From a virus (taxonomy: Duplodnaviria > Caudoviricetes): a DNA stretch of 64,000 nt. Positions within the stretch are counted from its first letter, which is position 1. Every line of letters starts with the position of its first letter. This document shows, piece after piece, positions 27,401 to 36,400 of this stretch. The notes beneath the pieces are model-generated. The model was not told where the DNA came from. It was given only the letters and a program-made list of their open reading frames with translations, and ran no database searches. The position numbers and the translations under genes are program-made. The DNA lies in IMG/VR virus record IMGVR_UViG_3300025401_000012; one strand, written 5' to 3'.

Positions 27401-30400
27401 TCCTGCAGAAATTGTTGCTATTGTTAGTGTTGTACTGCTAATAGTACTAGTAAATGTTGCTGTATTAATACCAGTAATATATGTACCAGCAGTAATATTT
27501 GCACTAGTTACCACACTACCAATTGAAATGTTTGAACTATTAGTTATAGTACCAGTTAATGATAATGTATTACCTGATATAAATCCAGATGTGCTGCTAA
27601 ATGTAGTTGTACTAGAAGCGGTAACTGGATAAGTTCCATTATAACCAGTCGGAACCATGCCTGTAACAGTAATTAATTGACCAACAGCGTATGGAGTTGT
27701 TAGCGATGTAATTACAGTAAATGTAACTGTACCGGTATTAGTACTGACAGATGCAACTGATAAACTTGTTTCTTGTGCTATACCTGCACCAGTTAATATC
27801 ATACCATTTGTAACAGTGCCGGATACAGATCCAATTGATAACACACCACTACTATTGATACTACTAGATGACATAGTAGCAGTAGTAGTTGCTACGGCTG
27901 TAGCGTTGCCGCTAGTGCCTGGATCAGTTGAGTACAATAATTGAGCTTGTATAGTATTGACACCTGCATTAGCAGATACACTTACTGCTGTTGGCACAGT
28001 AATGACCGGTGTCAATATTGCGCCTCCTAGTACTGAACTTAATGTAATCGTTGGAGTACTGGTATATCCAAAACCAGGACTTACAACAGTAACAGCGCTA
28101 ATACTTCCGCCACTGATTGTACAAACTGCAATAGCTTGTTGCGCAGGACTTGTTACCCCTCCACCTGAGAATGTTATTGTTGGTGGGCTTGTATACCCAC
28201 TACCGCCGTTGGTAATAGTTACACTAGCTACTGTTCCTAATAGTTGACTACTTACTACGGATCCATATTGAACCCAACAAGCAGGACTTACAGTAAATTG
28301 TGTTGAACTATCAATACTTTGAACAATTGTTCCACTTGGAACATAACTAAATGGATTTGAAATAGTAGCGCCTGTGACTGTTGCCGACCCAGTAGTTGTA
28401 CTTGCAATGACTACTCCAGTAAGTCCTGTTCCACTTACTAATGAGTAAACAGTATAAGTGCCGTTGTATGCTGTAGTACCAGTAACACCTGCAATTACTA
28501 TAACGCTATTAATACTAAATGGCGCACTAGTTTGTGTGCCATAAGTTACAGTAAAATAACCTACACCAGGTGTACTAGCAGTGATACCGGTGATAGTAAT
28601 ACTAGTATTAATACTAGATACAACCATACCAGTAGTTAAACTACTAGTGCTACTTGTTGTAATTTGAGTTTTATTAGTAATACCTACTACTTGATAAGTT
28701 CCATTATAGTTAGTATTGGCTTGGTTTGCTATTGTTATATAACTATCTACTGGTGGTAATATAGCATTGGCGTTGTAGGGAATATTATAAGTAACAAATT
28801 TACTACTTGTACTATTAGGTTGTAGTGTTTGGCTAGCAAACGTCATAGCACTAACACCTGTGCCAATACTTGATAAGTTGTAAACACTATTTGGATCAAT
28901 AGTTAAGAACGCATTAGTAGCTGTTCCTATAGTCAATGTTCCACTCGGTACACCGCTTGGTGCAACATTTAACACAATTTGAGCTGTGCTCAATGTTGGT
29001 TGTGTAAAACTTACAATGCTTTGTGTACCATTAAAACCAGCACCTGTTATTAGAGAATTATTTGTAATTGTTCCAGCAACTGCTGTTAGATAAATTGTTG
29101 TACTATAACCTGTAAATGTATTACTTGTTACTAGTTGACCAATGTTAACAGTATAACTTGTACCTGTCGTAGGAGTACCCGTCGCTGATTGATTTAATGT
29201 CCAACTTGTACCGCTACCTGAAACAATATATGTTCCAGCTGTTACGCCAGTTCCTGTAATTGCCATACCAATTGATATGGTTCCACTTGTTACTGAACTA
29301 ATGGTTAAAGTAGTTGTGCTAATAGTACCAATAAACACGGCTGAATTAACAGCGGTAATATATGTACTATTAGTTATACCTGAACCAGTAAGTCCCATGC
29401 CCACAGTAAATGATCCTGTGATAGTACTTAACGGAGTAAAAATATTTCCAATACTTGCACTGGCTAACCCATTACCAATAATACCTGTACTAGATGCTGT
29501 AGTGCTTAATGCTTGATTGAATAATCCGCTGGCAGGTATATTTGATTGTGTATAGCTTAATACACGGAAAACTTTACCACCCCAACCTGTTAGATATGTA
29601 CCTTGGTTAATTTGGTTAATAGTTGTTGATACGCTAGATGCCAAAACAGCAATTTTACTATCACCTAATTTTGAACCTTGTGATTGTGTTGAAAATACTA
29701 CAGGTCCATACGGAGTCAGTGTTGGAACACCGCTTAATGTTACAGTATAGCTTGTACCTGTAATTGCACCGCTTGTAGCTGCGCTAGTAGTATTTGTTTG
29801 CCATGTACTACCGCTACCGCTACCGCTAATATTAGATATAATATAAACAGTGCCTGTAACATTAGTACCAGTTAGCACCATACCGATGGCAACAGTTCCT
29901 GATCCTAATGTGCCAACTGTAAATACACCAGTGTTGCTAATTGTAGATCCTGTTGTTACTGCTGTATTAGTTACAACAGTTGATACAGTTTGATTGGTAA
30001 AACCAATGCCTCCAAGAATTTGTCCAGCAATAATTGTACCATTAACTTGATTAACTGTTAGCGTTGTGCTGCTTGTATTATTTCCTGAACCGTTAATTGC
30101 AACAAATCCTTTAGCCGCATAATTTACTAAGTCAGCATTTTGTATACTACTTGTATCATGATTAAATGATATGTAAGCAAACGAACTATCTGTAGTTAAC
30201 ACAGATGTATTTGCTGGCAATTGTTCACCAGTACTTTCAGTCAATCCGTAACTAATAATACGATAGATAGAACCTAAATTAGTACTATATTGTAATGCGG
30301 TACTTGGACGAACAGGTTTAACGTTAGTGATATTGTAGAATTTAATATTTTGCAATACTCGAATAGTTACTAGTTGTCCGTCATATAACGGGTATGCTAG

Positions 30401-33400
30401 ACCTGTTGTAGTTGTACTGTTTGTACCTGAAGTACTCAATGCAAGAGACAATACATTTTGACCATTTACATATACTGTAGTATGGCTTACTGTATTAATT
30501 AAATATCTAGTAATCACTCCACCACTGGCTGTGTGATCAATTTCTAATTCGCTTGTTGGCTCTGGAGGATACTCGTAGTTAATAATATATACAGTTAAAT
30601 TTAAACTTGTAGCTGTTGTTTGCGAACTAGCAAAAATACCTTCTTTGTAGATACGTGCTGTTTGAACCATGTCGTTGGCCAAATTCACAGCATTAGGTAA
30701 TTCAGTTACATCACTACCACTTGAACGTAATCCGTACACACCATAGCTACTTGAGCCAGCAACAGAACGAATTTGTCCACCGTTTAATGCCCAATAGCTT
30801 ACATAGTTGTAGTATGTAAACATACTTACAGCTTCTGCTGCACCACCGTTAGTTACTAATAATCCGTAACCTAAATCGTTTACCATAGTAAAGTCATTGC
30901 TCAACATTGACTTATTACCGCCCATTTCAATGTTGATACCAATATTGGCACCAGCGTTGATATAATTAACAGCGGCATCTTCAATGTCGATAGTACTAGT
31001 ACCAAAAGTGTATGTTCCAGCGGCCTGTGCAGTCAATGTTACAGGTAACCCAGTTGATGCACTAACTAATTGAATAGTTGAGCTAGTTGGAACATATGTA
31101 TTAGCAACTGCTGTTCCTGCAGGTACCCCAGTACCTGTAACAATCATTCCAGGCAATATACCTGACACACTACCAGTTTCGGTAAATGTCATGGTTAATG
31201 TACCAATAGTAGTAGTGATTGGGCTACCATTCAATGTTGTAGATAATGTAAATCCTGTTGTGCCAGTTACAGAAATAATATAGTAGATATTACCAGTTGT
31301 ATATCCAGAAATACTTCCAGTACCACCTGCAGACCCGGTTACTGTAACAGTATTACCGAGTACTAGTTTTGCACTATTACAAGTGAATGTTCCTGCTAGT
31401 CCAGTTGCTTGTACATTGCTTAATGTTGTATTTGCGCTGTTTGATATAGTGAATGAACTAGCACCACTTGCTCCACCGCTAGAATAAGTTGCGGTTACAC
31501 TAGCAATCTTATTATTAGATAATGTATAAAAATCAGTAATAGCACTTGTAGTTTGCGCTGTAATTACTGGTGGTGTACGAGTAACAGCTGGAGATCCTAC
31601 AGTTAATAATATAGTGCCATCTTGATTACTGCCGCCTGTGCTAGCACTTGTTGCAGTAGCTGCATTGCTTAGTGTTGCGGTTCCAGTTGAAAAATTAATA
31701 TTACTTAATGTTGTACTTGCTGGAATACCGGTACCTGTAACAGTTACTCCATTAGTTAAATACGGGCTATAAGACAAATTGGTAATAGTTGTACTACCAG
31801 CAGTGATAGTTGCTGCTACAGTATCGTTAAATGCGCCGTCAGCAACATAATCAATTAATGTATTAAACAATGTGGAAATAGCCAATGCTTCGACACTAAA
31901 CGCAAATGTTAATCCCACTGGCGTACCTGCTGTAGTTGAAATCGCTGCACCACCCGAGTAGCTAGATAAAGTGAATGATGTTTGTGTGCAAGTTGTAATA
32001 TAATATGTACCGTTTGCTACACTACCTGATCCAGTATTAGTACCACTAATAGTAACAGCTAGACCAACAACTAAAGTTCGTGGAGCAGTTGCAAATGTAA
32101 ATGTTCCGCTAGAGCCAATTACAACACTACTTAAAGTTTCTGTGGCGGCTGTGTAAGTTGTAAGATTTTGAGTTAGCAAATTACCATTGCTTGGAGTTAC
32201 AACTTGATTTTGAATAACTTGTTGTATTACGGTGTTTAGGCGTATATATGCTGCAATACATACTTGTGCATTTGTACCTAACTGGCTAGTACCGTTGTAA
32301 TTTGAAGTATAGAATGTTTGTGCTATATCATAAATTGATGAATTGCCGCCGTATAACAAATCATAACTAATCGCATCAATAATATACCCAGCATCTCTTT
32401 GAGATTTAGTAGCTGTATAATTTGATAAACTAGTTGTTACATAATTATTTGCGATCCAAGCTGAGATTTCAGATTGTAAAAAATTCTTATTCAAAGTTAT
32501 ATTTTTACGAGCCTGACTAACAGTACTAGTTACACCAACAGGATCGGGATAAACTAATGTTGGTACACTAACTGTTCCATTTGCAATAATATTAGTAATA
32601 TTGGCAAGAGAAGATGCTACTGTAGTCAAGGTAGTCGATTGTAAACTCAATGTATTAATTAATGAATTTGCATAGTTAAGCCCTTGAATTACAAATAACT
32701 CAGCTGTTGTTGTAACAGCATTTTGAGGTGCAAGATAAATCAACCCTTGTTTAACACTTTGATAGTTTGAACCAAACACATTATCGTATGCAATAGCATC
32801 GACAATATTACCTAAGTTGCTTGCAAATGCAGCACTACTGTAAATTACAGCAGGGTTAAACGGTGTACTAACATCTAATGTAACAGTTACTTGAGGAGCA
32901 TAGAATGTGTATGTTCCGGCAGCTTGTGTTGTTAATGCGGCTGAAAGAGTTAGTGTAGTACCGCTGATAGATTTAATATAAGTTCCAGTAGGAATACCAG
33001 TACCACTAATTACTTGACCAACTAACACTAGTAAATTACTAGCAATAGTTAAAGTCTTTGCACCAATTGCTCCGCCACTTACATAAGCAGCTGTTGTAAT
33101 AGTAGCATTAGCATTATAACTTGTAACATTGTTGACTTGATATCTAAAACCTTGCAAGTAAAATGCGCATGGTGTTTGCGGTGGTCTAACATCAAGACCA
33201 CTATTAACTGTACCTTGAATAGTAACTGATAAACCGGCAGTACCATTGGCACTAGCAATACCAATTATATTACCAAATAATCTTCCAGTAAATCCGTCAA
33301 CAAATTGTCCGCCCCTAAATGCTTGTGCGTTTATACTTGCACTAAACACTGCACTTTCTTGACCATATGGCGATTTAGTTTTAATTTGTCCAGTTGGATC

Positions 33401-36400
33401 AAGTACCATAGCAAATCCGCCATGGCCTTGCATAGTCAACAATTTAATACGTGTAGCATCATTACATAAGAATACATCCATGTTTTGATTATTCAATGGA
33501 GTACTGTTAATATCTAATGGATTACTTAGGTAATGACGTCCGTAATTAATAGTTCCAAATAAATGCCAACTATTTGCTGCGTATGTTTGTGTAGCTGTAA
33601 ATGGATAAATTGTTGTACAATTAATTACGTTACCGCTAACTGTGTTAATTACTGCCTTACCTGCTACAATATTACCGTAACTAGTTGCATTAATAGTAGT
33701 AGAGTAATTGTAAACTGTTATAGTGGCAGTTCCGCCACTAGTACCTGCACCTGTTACATTGATAGTATTGATTGCATACACACCATTATATGAAGCAGGA
33801 GTCATCCCTTCAATATTAATATTTTGACCAACAATATACGGACTAGATGGCATTAAATTGCCTTGAATAGTCTGGAAAGTCAACGTAGCTACATTTGTGC
33901 TAGTGTTTATAGATGCACTGGTTACTTGATATACAGCTTCAGTTAATACCAGACCTGGCCATGTTGAAATGGCCTGTACTCCATTACCAAGCGAAGCAGT
34001 AAATGTGCCAGATGTAGCTCCAATAGTTAATGCAGTAGCTGATAACTGAGCATAATCGGTTCCTGCATAATTTATTGGCCCAACTTGTAAGGCATCAATT
34101 ACACCGTCTCGATAGAAGAATACATTACGCCATGGACTTTGACTGATACGATTTAATGGTCGAATAATTGTACGACGGAAATCATCTCCGCTAATGGTCA
34201 CGTTTGCTGGAATTTTAATTGGATAGTCTTCGTAATAAATTCCGCTTTCTACAAAAATTGTAATATTTAAATTACTAACAGTTTCGCCATAATCCAAATA
34301 TTCCCCAACTTGGAAGAATCCTGGTTGTGTTAGATACATGTTAATTGTATCATATGGAACCGTGCTAAGAGGTTGTTTACCGGGAGTGTAACTTATAATT
34401 TGTCCAAGTGCATTAGACGAATTACCAATCAATATCTTGCCTGGTATAATATGTACATCTCCGGGTGTTCCTTGATCTACATACCCATTACCGCCGTTAT
34501 TAAATGTGATACTATAATAACCAGTACCGTATGTACTAGTAGTTATAGCAGGAGCTGCTCCGAGTCCGGTAGTAATAATACTATAGGCAATGTACCATTG
34601 ACTTGTGTAAGTATTAATGGCAGGAGTAGTTGGGTTATAATTTGTGCTTAATGTAGCATTAGTTTGCTGAGTAACTAGTGTTTGATAGCGTTGAACATTG
34701 GTAGTTTGATTTAAAACTTGATATACTAGGCCAACATTACTGCCGCTACCATCACCAAATGCAAATGTTAGTCCATCTATAGTTTCAGTATATTGTGTTC
34801 CAATAGCAATACCTTGTGCTGAAGCATTTTTATAATATGCTCGACCTGCATTGATACTTTGATATGTACCGTTAACACGCATATCAATAACCATGGCATC
34901 AACAATTAAACCAATATCTCTAGAACAAGTTGCTTGATTATAGTTGAATCCACCGGTGTATTTGTTTGCAAGATAAGTTGTAGTTGCTGTTCCAACTGTA
35001 ATATAATTATTGTTAATTAATGTTCTAGCATTAATGTATGTTGAATTATAAACTGAGTTACTAATTAACGGATTAGTTAATGTATAGTTAACTGTATTAG
35101 ATCCGCCACCTGTAGTTGTTACTGTTGAAATAGTGGTAATATTATTCGTAGTCGAAGTAGTTACTGTAGTAGCACCAACAATAGTAATTATTTCACCTAG
35201 TAGCGAAGTAGTTGTTTGGTAGTTAGTTGCTTGTGTTCCTGTTGTAACTCCGCTGGCAGAACTCCAACCAGAATATTGAACTTGTGTAGTGATTTGTCCT
35301 TGCCCGCTAACAAACCCTACGGTACTATTAGTAGTATTTGCATATTGAACATAATTTGTTCCTACTCCAGTTACAGTAAATGATGTACCAGTTGTAGAGT
35401 TAAGACTACTAGGTGTTAGCCCTTGAACAGTAATTTGTTGGCCAATTGTAAATGGAGCAGAAGTTTGACTAGCAAAATTTAATTGAACATATCCTGTACT
35501 AGGAGTTGATACTGTAACACCAGTAACTGACAGATAATTTCCTAAACTTGCACTAGCAGGACTGTTGCTCAATACAGTACCAATAGTTGTTGAAATTTGT
35601 GTTAATGCAGCAACATATAAACTGTTTAATCCTGCACCAATAGCATTTGCACTGGCAATAAATGTTTGTGCTACGGCACTGCTTGCTGTATTTCCACCGT
35701 AAGTTAAATCATAAGCTAATGCTTCGATGATATAGCCTAATGCACGTTTAGTAGAAATAACATCAATAGTAGTTGTAGAATAATTTACAGCAATCCAAGA
35801 TGTAAATTCGTTTTGCAAGAATAGAATATTGGCCAATAATGCTGATTGTGCCTGACTATTTGCAGAAGGTAATCCTGTAGGGTTGACAAAAGTTGGAACT
35901 GTCCTGTTAGGTACCCCTACATTTAATAAATTGGTAATGCTGCTAAACAAATTAGTAATGATAGTGTTAGTTGTTGTATCATTAATAATAGAGTACGTAG
36001 CATTGATATAATTGATTGCTCCTTGAACTAGTCCAGTAGTCATAGGAACTAGACTGAGATTTAGGGCATTATTAACTGTCCAGGATAATCCTGATCCGCC
36101 AGTGATTATTGTACCATCGATTACGCCTGCTCCGCTAATAGTATCACCTATACCAAACGGCACACTTCCTGTAACACTTCCAGAAATTGTTAAAGTATTA
36201 GTAGCAATACTTCCTGTAAAGGTATCTCCAACTTTTTGTGAAGTTAATATACTTCTAATACTTTGTAATATACTATTACCATTAGAATATGTAGGAGCAG
36301 TTGCAGTAGGACTAGTATTTGTGCCATCGATTACATGTTGTATTGTTGCAATGTTTGCAGCAATTGATGACGAAATTGTTGTTGCGCCACCATTGATAAA

